DNA of 64,000 nt from an uncultured delta proteobacterium (GTDB taxonomy: Bacteria; Desulfobacterota; Desulfobacteria; Desulfobacterales; JAHEIW01): contig CAVPNL010000006.1 in NCBI GenBank assembly GCA_963706575.1, forward strand, positions 192,001 to 256,000. Reading direction: 5' to 3'. Each line of letters opens with the position of its first letter. Within the stretch, counting starts at the first letter, position 1. A model generated the notes under the pieces. That model was not told where the DNA came from and did no database searches. It was given only the letters and a program-made list of their open reading frames with translations. Positions 39,756 through 50,088 of the stretch are shown here, in pieces. The position numbers were made by a program, and so were the translations under genes.

Positions 39756-40421
39756 ATGCGCATTGGATTATTCGGCGGCACGTTCAACCCCATCCATCGG
39801 GGACATCTCCGGGCTGCGTTAGAAGTTATAAAACGATTCAACCTGGACCAGATCTATTTGATTCCAGCTGCATTGCCTCCCCATAAAACGCCCGGCATGG
39901 TGGCCAAAGTAGATGATCGTCTAAAGATGATCAATCTGGCCATAGCAGATCTTTCCGAGTTAACGGTTTCCGACGTTGAATTAAATCGTCCCGGCCTTTC
40001 TTATACCATTGATACGATTCGACATTTTAAACATACGCTTGCGAAGGACGCTCGAATCTATCTGATTATGGGACTGGATGCATTCCTTGAGATCCATACA
40101 TGGAAATCTCACCAAGACCTGCTAGAACAGATGGCGTTTATCGTAATGGCGCGCCCCGGTCAGGATTATCCGGGCGCTCAACAGGGATGGAGAATCCTGG
40201 AAAGCTATCTTAAATCCACCCTGTCGGCAAATTATCAATTTGATGCGGCACAGGCCTGCTATACGTCAGAAGGAAAGCAGCCGGTTCATATCTGCGACAT
40301 TAAGGCGATGGATATTTCCTCGACGAAAATCCGCGAAAAGGTTAAAAGAAACCAAAGCATTGAAAATCTAGTAACCCCAGAAGTAGCTGATTATATTCGA
40401 CTAAAAGGACTTTATAAATGA
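39756..40421 (+). CDS. nadD: Nicotinate-nucleotide adenylyltransferase
   Basis: GGTFNPIHRGH, PPHK, SYTIDT, ISSTKIR. Confidence 0.95.
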   Translation: MRIGLFGGTFNPIHRGHLRAALEVIKRFNLDQIYLIPAALPPHKTPGMVAKVDDRLKMINLAIADLSELTVSDVELNRPGLSYTIDTIRHFKHTLAKDARIYLIMGLDAFLEIHTWKSHQDLLEQMAFIVMARPGQDYPGAQQGWRILESYLKSTLSANYQFDAAQACYTSEGKQPVHICDIKAMDISSTKIREKVKRNQSIENLVTPEVADYIRLKGLYK

Positions 40422-40774
40422 GCACAGATGCAGTTTCTCCTCTGGGCCTATACATTGAGGCGGCATCGGAAAAAAAAGCGTTAAATTTGATTGTATTAGA
40501 TGTGGGCGACCTCACCTCGATTGCAGATGCATTTATTATCTGCAGCGGGAAGTCCAACCGCCAGGTGAATGCGATTGCTGATTCTATTGTTGCCAAATTA
40601 AAAAAACATAAAATCAAGCCGCTCAGTGTAGAAGGAACCGGCGAGGGTCATTGGGTGTTGCTGGATTACGGTCATGTGGTCATCCACGTTTTCTACGAAC
40701 CAGTTCGAGAATTTTTTGATCTTGAAGGGCTGTGGGCAGATGCCAAACGAATAGAGACCCGCACCTTAAAATAA
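40418..40774 (+). CDS. rsfS: Ribosome silencing factor
   Basis: EKKA, FIICSG, WVLLDYG.VVIHVF...FFDLEGLW. Confidence 0.95.
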   Translation: MSTDAVSPLGLYIEAASEKKALNLIVLDVGDLTSIADAFIICSGKSNRQVNAIADSIVAKLKKHKIKPLSVEGTGEGHWVLLDYGHVVIHVFYEPVREFFDLEGLWADAKRIETRTLK

Positions 40775-40802
40775 TTAGCAGACAGCGATAAAGCCTCCAA
40801 TC

Positions 40803-41354
40803 ATGTCTAAAACCTCAAAACCATATTCAATGATCACCGATTTTGTCACTGGAAAAGAGATTCCCAATATTGGTGCCGAAGAGAATCGGCAACTGGTTGA
40901 GCGATTTTTGGTGAATGAAAAAGGGTTTTCAAAAGAAGATATAGCGGTCGATGTCGATATTGAAATCACCATTGCCGGAGAAACATACCGTTCTCAAATC
41001 GACCTTGTGGTCAGTGTTGAAGATGAATACGGATCCACCCGCTTGATGGCCATCAAATGTGCGGCGGCCTCACTGGGATCCCGGGAAAGAGAAATTTTAG
41101 CGGCCTCGCGGCTGCTTGCCGAAAACCAGATCCCTTTTTCAGTTGCATCCGATGGTAAGACTGCCATTGTTCTGGATACGGTTTCCGGCAAAAAGCTGGG
41201 GGAAGGGCTGAAGGCAATACTTTCAAAAGCGCAAGCACTAGAAAAATTAAAAGAAATAAAACCATTGCCTTTCCCGAAAGAAAAGCGGGAACGCGAAAAA
41301 TTAATATTTCGATCCTTCGACAGTATGAATGTCAATGTGGGCAGGAATTTGTGA
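40803..41354 (+). CDS. HsdR_N-like (PD-(D/E)xK-fold) conserved protein
   Basis: EENRQ...LVNEKGF..EDI...IDLVV...IKC pattern. Confidence 0.6.
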   Translation: MSKTSKPYSMITDFVTGKEIPNIGAEENRQLVERFLVNEKGFSKEDIAVDVDIEITIAGETYRSQIDLVVSVEDEYGSTRLMAIKCAAASLGSREREILAASRLLAENQIPFSVASDGKTAIVLDTVSGKKLGEGLKAILSKAQALEKLKEIKPLPFPKEKREREKLIFRSFDSMNVNVGRNL

Positions 41355-41373
41355 TGTAGAAATGCACTATGCG

Positions 41374-41763
41374 TTATACGCTGGCGCTGTTTATGTGAGC
41401 GTGTTCTGATTTTTGGTGCTGATAGGCTTTAATCACCTTTTTTGCAAACCGAATGTTTTCTTCCTGGCTTCCCTGAAAATTAATGCCGCTTTTAAAATTG
41501 CCCTTTTTATTTTTTACCGAAAATATCACCCGTGCGGCGATTCTGATCAAATTGTTTTTCATATCAACGAAGATCAAATAGATATATTTGGATTGAATCA
41601 TTTGAGCCGTTTCTAACAGTATTCCGTTCTGGCTGATATCCAGGGCTATTCCCATGTTCTGATCCAACTGAATCCCATTCTGATTCACACTATCATAAGA
41701 AATCGGATTGCAGATTTTTATTCTCGGAAATTTTCTTCGATCAAGTTTTTCAAGTAAAAACAT
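41374..41763 (-). CDS. PilZ-domain protein
   Basis: DRRKFPR and DISQNG motifs, C-terminal GINF. Confidence 0.85.
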   Translation of the reverse strand: MFLLEKLDRRKFPRIKICNPISYDSVNQNGIQLDQNMGIALDISQNGILLETAQMIQSKYIYLIFVDMKNNLIRIAARVIFSVKNKKGNFKSGINFQGSQEENIRFAKKVIKAYQHQKSEHAHINSASV

Positions 41764-42383
41764 AACGGTGATACCACTCAGGGTTGATGTTTATCAGGTG
41801 ACCGCAGGTGGTGTTAAAGAGAAAATGGATGAGTGGTGCACGCAGGCGAAAAGGAATGTGCTGACAGCCATTGAGGATGAGCTTGAAATTTAGACCGTTG
41901 CTCAACCTAAAATCCTTTCCTGAAACGCTCATGTCGGAAGATCGGAGGATCAATCTTAGAACAAACCGGTGCGCTTTTCGAAGCGATGAATTCAAGTATT
42001 ATTATCCACACATATGGTCAACCCATACATCTATTTCCGGAAAAAGTTCAAAATTTTGATTACACGCTGGGACCCGAGGTCAGACAATTGTCAGACCAAA
42101 CGGATGCCCTGCTCTTGGTGCGAGGGGTGGATAACATAGCGACTGCGGGACGCAAGGCCGTACAGGCCGGGAGCGTAATTTTAGGCGCACTGGTGGGGGT
42201 TCAGGTAACTCCTATTATGGGCGCTACGGCGGTGAACCTTGCATTAGTGGACGCCAATACGGGTGAAGTTTTGTGGTATCAATTTCCACGCTTCTGCCGG
42301 GGATCACGATTTGCGCGACCCGATAAATACCACTGCCATGGTAATGGATATTCTTAAAGACTTTCCCATTAAAAAAGCGGTGA
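41761..42383 (+). pseudogene. 5'-truncated, frameshifted lipoprotein-like gene
   Basis: Fragments ITVIPLRVDVYQVTAGG..., DALLLVRGVD...ALVDANTGEVLWY in shifting frames. No start or signal peptide. Confidence 0.6.
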
Positions 42384-42389
42384 AATGAT

Positions 42390-43065
42390 TTGATTAAAAG
42401 ATTTTTAACCGTTGTCCTAGTTTTAATGGGGATGATGGCTTGTGCCACAACCCAACTACCCCCTGTTGGAGAGATGGACGCGCTTCAACTTCAGGCAGAT
42501 GAAAAACGAATATGGAATCGATCTAGTGAAGAACAAAGACGACTGAATAACAGCTCTTACATATACGAAGATCCTGTCTTATCCGCGTATGTAAACGAAG
42601 TGGCCCAAAATCTCATTCCACGAGGATATCAAAGGGAAAGGACTTTCCTTTCAAGGTTTGGATTATCCGCAATCCCCTTCTGAACGCATTCGCCTATCCC
42701 AATGGGGCGATTTATGTGCACACCGGTCTTATATCTAAAATGGAAAACGAAGCTCAGCTGGCATGGAATTGGACGGTTTCTGGAAATCGACTCCTCAAAA
42801 TTCCAGAGCGCATTTTTACATGGGCGAGCTATACCGGCAAAGAAACGATGAGGCGGATAGAGAAAAGGCCATAAATGAATATAGTTTGTCCATTACAGTA
42901 TGATCCTTCGAATCCCGCGCCCCATAAAGGCATCGGTCTGATCTACTACAAGCTGGGACGACCCCTGGAAGCAAGGTCAGAATTCGAGAAATACCTGATC
43001 GTTTTCCGGATGCGGACGATGCGGCATATATTGAACAATATATTGAAGCGATGCCTACAAAATAA
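42390..43065 (+). pseudogene. M48 peptidase/TPR lipoprotein with internal deletion
   Basis: Lipobox, then NAFAYPNG.IYVHTGL..MENEAQLA jumping straight to TPR sequence (AHFYMGELY, PHKGIGLIYY). The HExxH region is absent. Confidence 0.7.
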
Positions 43066-43078
43066 CAGGAGGTTGGCA

Positions 43079-43777
43079 TTGAAAATAAAAAGCGGATTTT
43101 ATCTGTTATTTGTCTTTATGCTTTGCGGTTGTGTAGCAACCTGGGTGGCGGTAGGTGGTAACTATAAAACCGACTCTGAAAATTACGCAGTGGAACTGCC
43201 TGAAGGTTGGCGGCAGTATAATCCAGCGAAAGGATAAACTGCTCATTACTAAAGACGGATTTGCGCTTCAGCGGATACAAATCATGAGGTTAAAAATTGA
43301 TACCGAACTGCTGCATACCAAGAAAAAGTTTGAAAAGGGAATGCTTCCGCAAGAGGCGGCAGAAGTGGTTATTGATAATCTACGCTCCAACCCCAACATA
43401 TTGAACCAAAATGTCGTCGAGAATAAACCGGTGCAGATTGGCGGCCATCCCGGGTTTAAAATTGTCTATACTTACCAAAACAAAGGACGGATTAAATAAA
43501 AAAGGTGTTTTTTGCGGCTTGCTGACGACAAACTGGTGGTATGAGATTATTTATGAAGCGCCTGAAAGACATTACTTTGCAAACAGATCTTGCCGCTTTC
43601 GAAAAGGTTATAGAAACCTTCAGGCTGATTAAAGATGCCGCTGCTGAGCCGCGATTCGTCTATGGCGATTGTATCAAAAGATTGGGCTGTCAGACACAAT
43701 GCAAAGGGCTCAAACTGAAATTTATTGCTGATGAGAAATATGGCCGGCGGATTGCAATTGATATTGTAGGGGATTAA
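43079..43777 (+). pseudogene. Frameshifted lipoprotein gene
   Basis: LCGC lipobox, VELPEGW, LLITKDG, IGGHPGFK, YEAPERHY in three or four frames. Confidence 0.6.
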
Positions 43778-43834
43778 TTAAATTTGTTTAATACTTGCCG
43801 ATTCGCAAGAAATGGACTGCTGGTCAGCACTTTT

Positions 43835-44512
43835 TCACTGACCGGCAACCTCTTTTTGACAATGCTTGCAAATTTTAGCCCGCTTTTTGATAATCTCGGC
43901 ACAAAAGGGGCACTCCCGGGTAAAAAATTTTTTGTGAATCTTGCTTACGGCTTCATCGACCTTTTTTTGGAGAATCTGGTTGCCGAATGTTACGTTTCGG
44001 ATGGGCTCGATGGCTTCCAGCTCGCCGATATCCCCTATCATTTCAGCGGCTTTAGCCCTTACACGCACCGGCTCGGTTACATCGAGTAACATCTGCAGAA
44101 CCTGGGGGCCATCTTTGCTGACGTAGCAGTCTGCCAGAATTGAAAATCCTTTTTTAATTGCCTCTTTGAGGGCTTCCTCTTGGGCCAGCACCTGGTCATC
44201 GATGACCTGGCCCCGCCCCCCCATGGGGCTGAATACCGGTATTATTTCGAAAGTTTCCGTTCCCGGATAGTTCATGGACCGATAAGAGGCGGTCTGAGCA
44301 TAGTTTTCTTTCATGTTATCCCACCCCTGCTGGTAACAGGAACAATCGTCGTTAAAGCAGATGTACAAATAAGGGGTTCCCCATCCGAGGCCATCGCCAA
44401 CATTGACCGGAGGGACCTCCCATAAGTTCATTTCTTCACCGCAATGTGGGCAGCTGGGTTTTGGATGGGTAAGGATGCGTTCCAGCACCTGTTCTTTTGT
44501 TTCAAAGGTCAT
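43835..44512 (-). CDS. Zinc-ribbon/HEAT-repeat protein
   Basis: CPHCG, CFNDDC, C-terminal CPFCAE..AKICKHC. Confidence 0.8.
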   Translation of the reverse strand: MTFETKEQVLERILTHPKPSCPHCGEEMNLWEVPPVNVGDGLGWGTPYLYICFNDDCSCYQQGWDNMKENYAQTASYRSMNYPGTETFEIIPVFSPMGGRGQVIDDQVLAQEEALKEAIKKGFSILADCYVSKDGPQVLQMLLDVTEPVRVRAKAAEMIGDIGELEAIEPIRNVTFGNQILQKKVDEAVSKIHKKFFTRECPFCAEIIKKRAKICKHCQKEVAGQ

Positions 44513-44793
44513 TCGTTTAATGTCTCCGAATTATTACAACAAAATGAAAATACGTTCTTGTCTCCGCATGTGCCAACACAGCGCCGGTTTTTTTGCATAG
44601 ATGGGCGTCGTTGGTTGTTAAATTAAGCTCTGTAAACGAATTGTCAACAAATCAGAACTGATTTTAAATCCTGTTGCTTTTTACTTCCGGGTTCAATATG
44701 GTTTCAGCCCAGCTGTGATCCGACATCTTGGTTGACCCGATTCCGTCCGATCGTTATCAGATGTAATCCTGCTAAATTTATAGGTTTATAATC

Positions 44794-45222
44794 ATGACTG
44801 ATTTTAAGGTTGTCTATCGTGAAAAACTGCCGACCCTCGCTGCCTATCATCAGCTGTTTGAGACCACCGGTTGGAATCAAGCCTATCGGGCGGATAAAGA
44901 TGAGCTTTATGAGGCCATTTCATCGAGCTGGTATGGGCTGTCGGCCTATGACAATGATGACCTGGTCGGCTTCGGCCGCATTATTTCCGACGGCGTTTTG
45001 TATGCCTTAATCTGTGATCTGATCGTCAAGCCGTCCTATCAGGGACAGGGTATCGGGAGCACCTTGCTGAATAAATTAATCGTTAGATGTCGCGCACAAC
45101 AAATCCGGGTTATCTGGCTGTTTTCAGCCAAAGGAAAAAGTTCCTTCTATAAAAATTTCGGTTTTGTCGAGCGGCCGACCGATGCACCGGGCATGCAAAT
45201 GCTGACATCCGCGCCAGAGTAG
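44794..45222 (+). CDS. GNAT-family N-acetyltransferase
   Basis: VKPSYQGQGIG, FYKNFGF. Confidence 0.9.
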   Translation: MTDFKVVYREKLPTLAAYHQLFETTGWNQAYRADKDELYEAISSSWYGLSAYDNDDLVGFGRIISDGVLYALICDLIVKPSYQGQGIGSTLLNKLIVRCRAQQIRVIWLFSAKGKSSFYKNFGFVERPTDAPGMQMLTSAPE

Positions 45223-45273
45223 ATATCGATAAAACCATTCTCTTATATTCGATTTAACCCAAGGGAGGCACTG

Positions 45274-45603
45274 ATGCCATACAATGCAGAGATTGATGCC
45301 CGCATCCGAAAGATCGTTACCGGCTGGAAAAATGCTGAAGCAAAAAAAATGTTCGGCGGTGTCTGTCACCTGCTGAACGGGAATATGGTATGCGGTGTTT
45401 ACAAAGATTATCTTATTTTGCGCCTGGGCGAAAAAGCGGCGGCAAAAGCATTGAAGCAATCCCATACCAGGCCCTTTGATATTACCGGAAAACCGATGAA
45501 GGGCTGGGTGATGGTGGATGGTACGGGGTTTAAGACTGACGACAGCCTAAAATCCTGGTTGAAAAAAGCCAAAACCTTTGTCAAAACCTTGCCGCCCAAA
45601 TGA
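45274..45603 (+). CDS. TfoX/Sxy N-terminal domain protein
   Basis: KKMFGG...NGNM, DITGKPMKGWV, TLPPK. Confidence 0.88.
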   Translation: MPYNAEIDARIRKIVTGWKNAEAKKMFGGVCHLLNGNMVCGVYKDYLILRLGEKAAAKALKQSHTRPFDITGKPMKGWVMVDGTGFKTDDSLKSWLKKAKTFVKTLPPK

Positions 45604-46130
45604 ACACGATCGGCCAAATCCCGCAGATTGCCCAACTGCTTAAGGGCTCAAACTATATTGATGTAAAAACGATAGAGGGGCAAACCTCTCTGCGCCAGTT
45701 TATTGCTGCGATGCTGTCTTACTATCCCCGGTGGATCGTATTTCTATACCGTATTCGCACCATCCTCGTTAAACTGCTCGGCCTGGTTAAACATCCGGCG
45801 CCGGAAGCACTCCCCAAACTTGGCCCGCAAGATGTCTCTTTTGTGGTGGGTGAAGCGGTAACCTTTTTCACGGTGCGGCTGGCAGAAGAAAAACGCTTTT
45901 GGGTCGGCGAAACGCCCGAGGATAAGCACCTGAGTGCCTATTTTGGTGTGGTTGTCGAACCCTTGCAAGATCATCGCAAACGCTTTCACGTGGCGACTAT
46001 CGTTTATTACAAACACTGGACCGGACCGGTATATTTTAATTTGATTCGCCCATTTCATCATTTAGTAGTTGGCAGAATGATGCGGGCCGGCGTTCAACAG
46101 GCCCATCGGGGCGAAGCCCCTAATGCGTGA
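45600..46130 (+). CDS. DUF2867-like protein
   Basis: EDKHL...W.G.VYFNLIRPFHHLVV. Confidence 0.75.
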   Translation: MNTIGQIPQIAQLLKGSNYIDVKTIEGQTSLRQFIAAMLSYYPRWIVFLYRIRTILVKLLGLVKHPAPEALPKLGPQDVSFVVGEAVTFFTVRLAEEKRFWVGETPEDKHLSAYFGVVVEPLQDHRKRFHVATIVYYKHWTGPVYFNLIRPFHHLVVGRMMRAGVQQAHRGEAPNA

Positions 46131-47487
46131 TTTTTATCACCACCAAAGTCATATCGTCTTCGAGTTTAACGTCTTTCTGAAAATGCTTTAATGAATTCAG
46201 GATCGCATCCTGGATGTCGTTTGCGGTCTTTGTGGCATTGCGGCGGATAATTTGGTGAATCCGCTCCTTGCTGAACATCTCACCTCCTGGATCGCGAGCT
46301 TCCCAGATGCCGTCTGTGGCGATAAGGATGATTTGTCCCGCTGCGAGTTCTTGTTTCGCTTCCTTGAAATCCGTATCTTCAAAAACTCCCAACGCTAAGT
46401 TGTTGCCGCCATTAAGGTCGCTAAAGGTATCTGTAGCCGGGTCAAAAATCATAGCGGGCTCATGTCCGGCATTTACCCATCGTATGGTTTTATTGGGTCT
46501 TTCGATTTCGGCATAAAACAATGTCATAAAGCGACCCGAGTCTTTGACGTCTTTTGCAAGCTGCCGGTTTACATCTGAAACCACCCGGTCGATGCGGCCG
46601 AAAGCAGAACACCGCTGCCGGATAAGGGCACGTGCAGTCGCCATTAACAGAGCCGAAGGAATGCCGTGGTCCGAGACATCTCCAACGACCACACCGATTT
46701 TTCCCTCCCCGGGGGTTCCGACTTCCAGAAAATCATAATAATCGCCCCCGGTTTCATCACAGTAGATACTTTTTCCGGCGATATCCAGCCCCTCAATTTG
46801 CGGATTTGTTTTTGGCAGCAGATTTTGCTGGACCTCCATAGCCAGTGAAAGTGAATGGCGAACCCGCTGATGCTCTTTGTCCAGGGCGGCCATGGCCTGC
46901 TCTCTGGCGTGAACAAAATACCGCAGGAGAATAAAAACGATTGCAGAAACGCCACCGATGTTCATTACAAATGAAAAAACGACAAGGGTATTCGAAAGCG
47001 CGCCCTGCTGCCAGCCGCTGCCGCAGGGTTGAAGGCCTGAACTAATCATTAGCAGAACATAGGCAATAAACCAGGGGATTGATCGGGTGGTGCCGGCAAA
47101 CATTAAGGCACCGATTGGCGCAAGGATTGACCAGAGAACGACTGCACCGGAAGCGGTAAAGCCTCCGAGACTCCACTGGAGTAAAAAGGGCAGGATTAGA
47201 ATGAGTGTCAGCTGGCTGCGGCAGAAAAATTTATAGTGCTTTGTTTTAAAAAAATACAGCAGGCTTACCGCTGAAATGAAGGAATAGCTTAAGGGAATGC
47301 TCCCCGACACCGGGAGGCCAAAAAGTAAATATCCAAAGCCCCAGACGATCCCCGCGATAGTGTAGATAACTGCCAAAAATATCAGAACGGCTTTGCGTAC
47401 CCGTTCTTCTTCGGTGTCCGTTGTGAAGCTGCCCGCTTTTGAGAGGCGCTCGATCCAGAAATCAATTAAGTTTATTAATTTATCCAA
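46120..47487 (-). CDS. Membrane-bound SpoIIE/PP2C-type phosphatase
   Basis: N-terminal TM region, GGDYYDF, GDVSDHGIPSAL, TDGIWE, DDMT. Confidence 0.9.
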   Translation of the reverse strand: MDKLINLIDFWIERLSKAGSFTTDTEEERVRKAVLIFLAVIYTIAGIVWGFGYLLFGLPVSGSIPLSYSFISAVSLLYFFKTKHYKFFCRSQLTLILILPFLLQWSLGGFTASGAVVLWSILAPIGALMFAGTTRSIPWFIAYVLLMISSGLQPCGSGWQQGALSNTLVVFSFVMNIGGVSAIVFILLRYFVHAREQAMAALDKEHQRVRHSLSLAMEVQQNLLPKTNPQIEGLDIAGKSIYCDETGGDYYDFLEVGTPGEGKIGVVVGDVSDHGIPSALLMATARALIRQRCSAFGRIDRVVSDVNRQLAKDVKDSGRFMTLFYAEIERPNKTIRWVNAGHEPAMIFDPATDTFSDLNGGNNLALGVFEDTDFKEAKQELAAGQIILIATDGIWEARDPGGEMFSKERIHQIIRRNATKTANDIQDAILNSLKHFQKDVKLEDDMTLVVIKITH

Positions 47488-47631
47488 AGCGCTGATTAAT
47501 TCTCCTGTTTCTGCAATACCATTCCAGTTCCTAACTTTTTCGATATAAACATAGATCCTCGGGCCACAAAATTTGTATCGAACCGCAATTTTGAAAAAGG
47601 TTACATTGTTTATTTGTAGATTTTTCCAGAT

Positions 47632-48834
47632 TCAGAACACGGGCATGGGCATCTGGCCCCAGTAGTTTCGCGGTGCCGTGGATTCAACATTCTGCACTTT
47701 TCCATTGGCGGTATCCACATCCACCCGTAGCAAGGGTAAGTGTTTGACCGTGAAGGCCAGTGCTTCGTTGCCTGAAGCGTACTCCCCGTTTGGCCAGGTC
47801 AGTTGAGAGAAAATCAGCCGCATGGTGCCATCCCCCGTTGCGCCCATCATCTCATCGTGACCGCGGCGACTTAAAAATGGAAAAATAAACCCGATTACAG
47901 CGCCAAACGACCGCCGGGACCGCATGCGCATAACGGACATATCAGGCTGGGCAAAAAGAGCTTGCATCATGTATTGTTTGGGCATGATATGTACCATGAA
48001 TCCTTTTTGCCCCTGCTGTTGTAATTTTTCGATAGCGGCGGCAACAGCTCTGTCCTGAAAGGCGAAATCGATAATACTTTGCATCGATTCATCGGTCTGG
48101 GGCATTATCGAAACCGCCGTTAGCTTTTTTTCAGGAATATATAGTATGGATGTTTTGGAAATTGTATAACCGTGCAGACCAAACGCCCCCGCAGTAAACA
48201 ACACCAGGCAGACCCAATAAGCCAGCCCCAGCGCCAGCTTTTTCGAACGGATCCAACCGAACAGAGAGCGAAAAATTTTAGCGCCCGGCTCACCCGGGAG
48301 AAACATGGCCGTGTGCTCCATGTACGCGCGGTAGCTTTCCCCATGCTTTGCCAGCATACGCTGTTCCTCATACCGCGCCAGCAGATAGTAGACAAATAAC
48401 ATACTGACATACAGGATCAGGATAAAAAAGCGCGGCCAGAACAGGAGCAGGCCCAATCCGGCGATGGCGAGAAACAGATACTGAGGATGGCGAATCCATC
48501 GATACAGAATTCCGGTCACCACACCTTTGCGGCGAAACTTGGCCGCGTAAACCTGGAAAGCGCCGATCAAAAATGCTAGAATTCCAAGGGAGAACAGGGT
48601 TCGACCAAAACCGTTGACAAAATTGAGAAGACTGCTTTTGGAGACGACGGCATGGGGTAAGAAAAAGCCGGTCAGCCAGGCAGTGGCCGGAAAAGCATAG
48701 AGCGCGTTAAGTAACGGGCCATACCCGGCATAGAAATAGGCCGCAAAGGGGCTGATCATGATGATGATTTCGAGCCCGATTAACAAATAAAAAATCACGA
48801 CAGAAGTGCGAACAACTTTTCCTTGCAAACTCAT
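47632..48834 (-). CDS. Isoprenylcysteine carboxyl methyltransferase-like membrane protein with C-terminal extension
   Basis: GILYRWIRHPQY...EEQRM...Y..Y...FLP motif. Confidence 0.8.
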   Translation of the reverse strand: MSLQGKVVRTSVVIFYLLIGLEIIIMISPFAAYFYAGYGPLLNALYAFPATAWLTGFFLPHAVVSKSSLLNFVNGFGRTLFSLGILAFLIGAFQVYAAKFRRKGVVTGILYRWIRHPQYLFLAIAGLGLLLFWPRFFILILYVSMLFVYYLLARYEEQRMLAKHGESYRAYMEHTAMFLPGEPGAKIFRSLFGWIRSKKLALGLAYWVCLVLFTAGAFGLHGYTISKTSILYIPEKKLTAVSIMPQTDESMQSIIDFAFQDRAVAAAIEKLQQQGQKGFMVHIMPKQYMMQALFAQPDMSVMRMRSRRSFGAVIGFIFPFLSRRGHDEMMGATGDGTMRLIFSQLTWPNGEYASGNEALAFTVKHLPLLRVDVDTANGKVQNVESTAPRNYWGQMPMPVF

Positions 48835-48894
48835 GAGATCATTTGCTTCCTTTTTTTTTAGTTGAGGGGTCGGGGAGTTTTTTATTCAAAGCGT

Positions 48895-48967
48895 GTCATT
48901 CCCGCGCAGGCGGGAATCCAGAAATGTTCTGCTGAAAAAGCTGGATTCCCGCCTGCGCGGGAATGAC
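48895..48967. repeat. Paired dRS3-like palindromic repeat
   Basis: Perfect 27-bp inverted repeat GTCATTCCCGCGCAGGCGGGAATCCAG. Each arm contains ATTCCC-N8-GGGAAT. Confidence 0.85.
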
Positions 48968-49014
48968 GGGAAAAACTCCCCAACTGCTCATTTATTTAGC
49001 TTGTCTAATGTGGT

Positions 49015-49761
49015 TTATTTTCCAGCACGGATTAATACCCCTTCTGTAGCTGGTGAGCTGTTGAAACCCGTTTTTTTGACCAGTTCAGCATTCACAAAGC
49101 CGGCCCTTTGAAGCATTGCCAGGAAATCCTTTCCCGGTATAGCCCCGCCCTCTCATTGAGCCCAACTCTTAATTATTTTATCTTTTTCCTCGGGCAGCTC
49201 GCCAATGAGAATTTCGTCTGCCACCATCAGGCGGCCGCCGGGTTTTAAAACGCGGTAGATCTCACCAAAAGCCCTGGCTTTGTCGGGGACAAGGTTTAGG
49301 GCCCCATTTGATGTGACAACGTCAAAGTCTTCGTCTGCAAACGGCAAATTTTCAGCAGATCCTTCCTTAAAGACAACATTTTTTAAATCAGTCTTTGAAA
49401 GATTCTTTTTCGCCCGTTTAAGCATCGCCGGTGTTAAATCGACCCCTACCACTTTTCCCGTTGGCCCTGTCATCATCGCGGAAAAGAGCGTATCGACGCC
49501 GGCGCCACAGCCCACATCCAGTACCTCATCCCCTTTATCGACGGACCCCAATGTGAATGGATTGCCCACCCCGCAATATGAAGCGGCAACTTCCGCGGGT
49601 AACGCCTGCAGGAGTTCAGGATCATATTTTAGAGTTTTAAGTCCCTCATGGCCCGTGGGATAGCGAAACAGGCCATCCGGATTTTCAGCGGCCTTCGAAT
49701 ATGTTTTCCAAATCGTTTTTTGAATCCATTTTTTATCTTTAACCGTAAATTGAGTTTCCAT
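49015..49761 (-). CDS. ArsM-like SAM methyltransferase, probable selenoprotein (TGA 49153..49155)
   Basis: YCGVGNP, LDVGCGAGVD, EIYRVLKPGG. KSWAQ-[TGA]-EGGAIPG...AGF continues 45 codons to TAA, matching the ArsM WxxC..GA motif. Hairpin CCGGGAAA-GGA-TTTCCTGG 15 nt downstream. Confidence 0.88.
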
Positions 49762-49788
49762 GCATCCACCCTCTTTTGCAAAGACGAT

Positions 49789-50052
49789 TTACTGAAGGCC
49801 TGCCCGGATAGCCGCTTCCAGTTTTCTTTTGGAAATGTCCGTCCCTTCGACGACAATTTCATCCCCTACCATTATCGCAGGCGCAACCGGCAGATCAAGC
49901 TCGAAATATTCGTCGGTCATATATTCATCTTTTGGTTTTTCGATCGTTATCATCTCGATGTCGTATTTGGCACCCAGCCTGGGCATCATTTTTTTAAAGT
50001 GCTTTCAGGGCTTCCCATTGGGCAGGTTCATGAAAAATCTGACCTTCAACAT
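49789..50052 (-). CDS. Small thioredoxin-fold probable selenoprotein (NxPxGxxU; TGA 50005..50007)
   Basis: AAGGAGG RBS then MLKVRFFMNLPNGKP-[TGA]-KHFKKMMP..., in frame with ORF 49789..49989 (LPVAPAIMVGDE). Confidence 0.82.
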
Positions 50053-50088
50053 GAAATCCTCCTTTTTGAAAAAGTGTTAATTTCTTAA

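Noticed and set aside
40803..41354. Type I restriction-modification or defence system
   Set aside because: Only a small HsdR_N-like protein is present, with no methylase, specificity subunit or helicase nearby.
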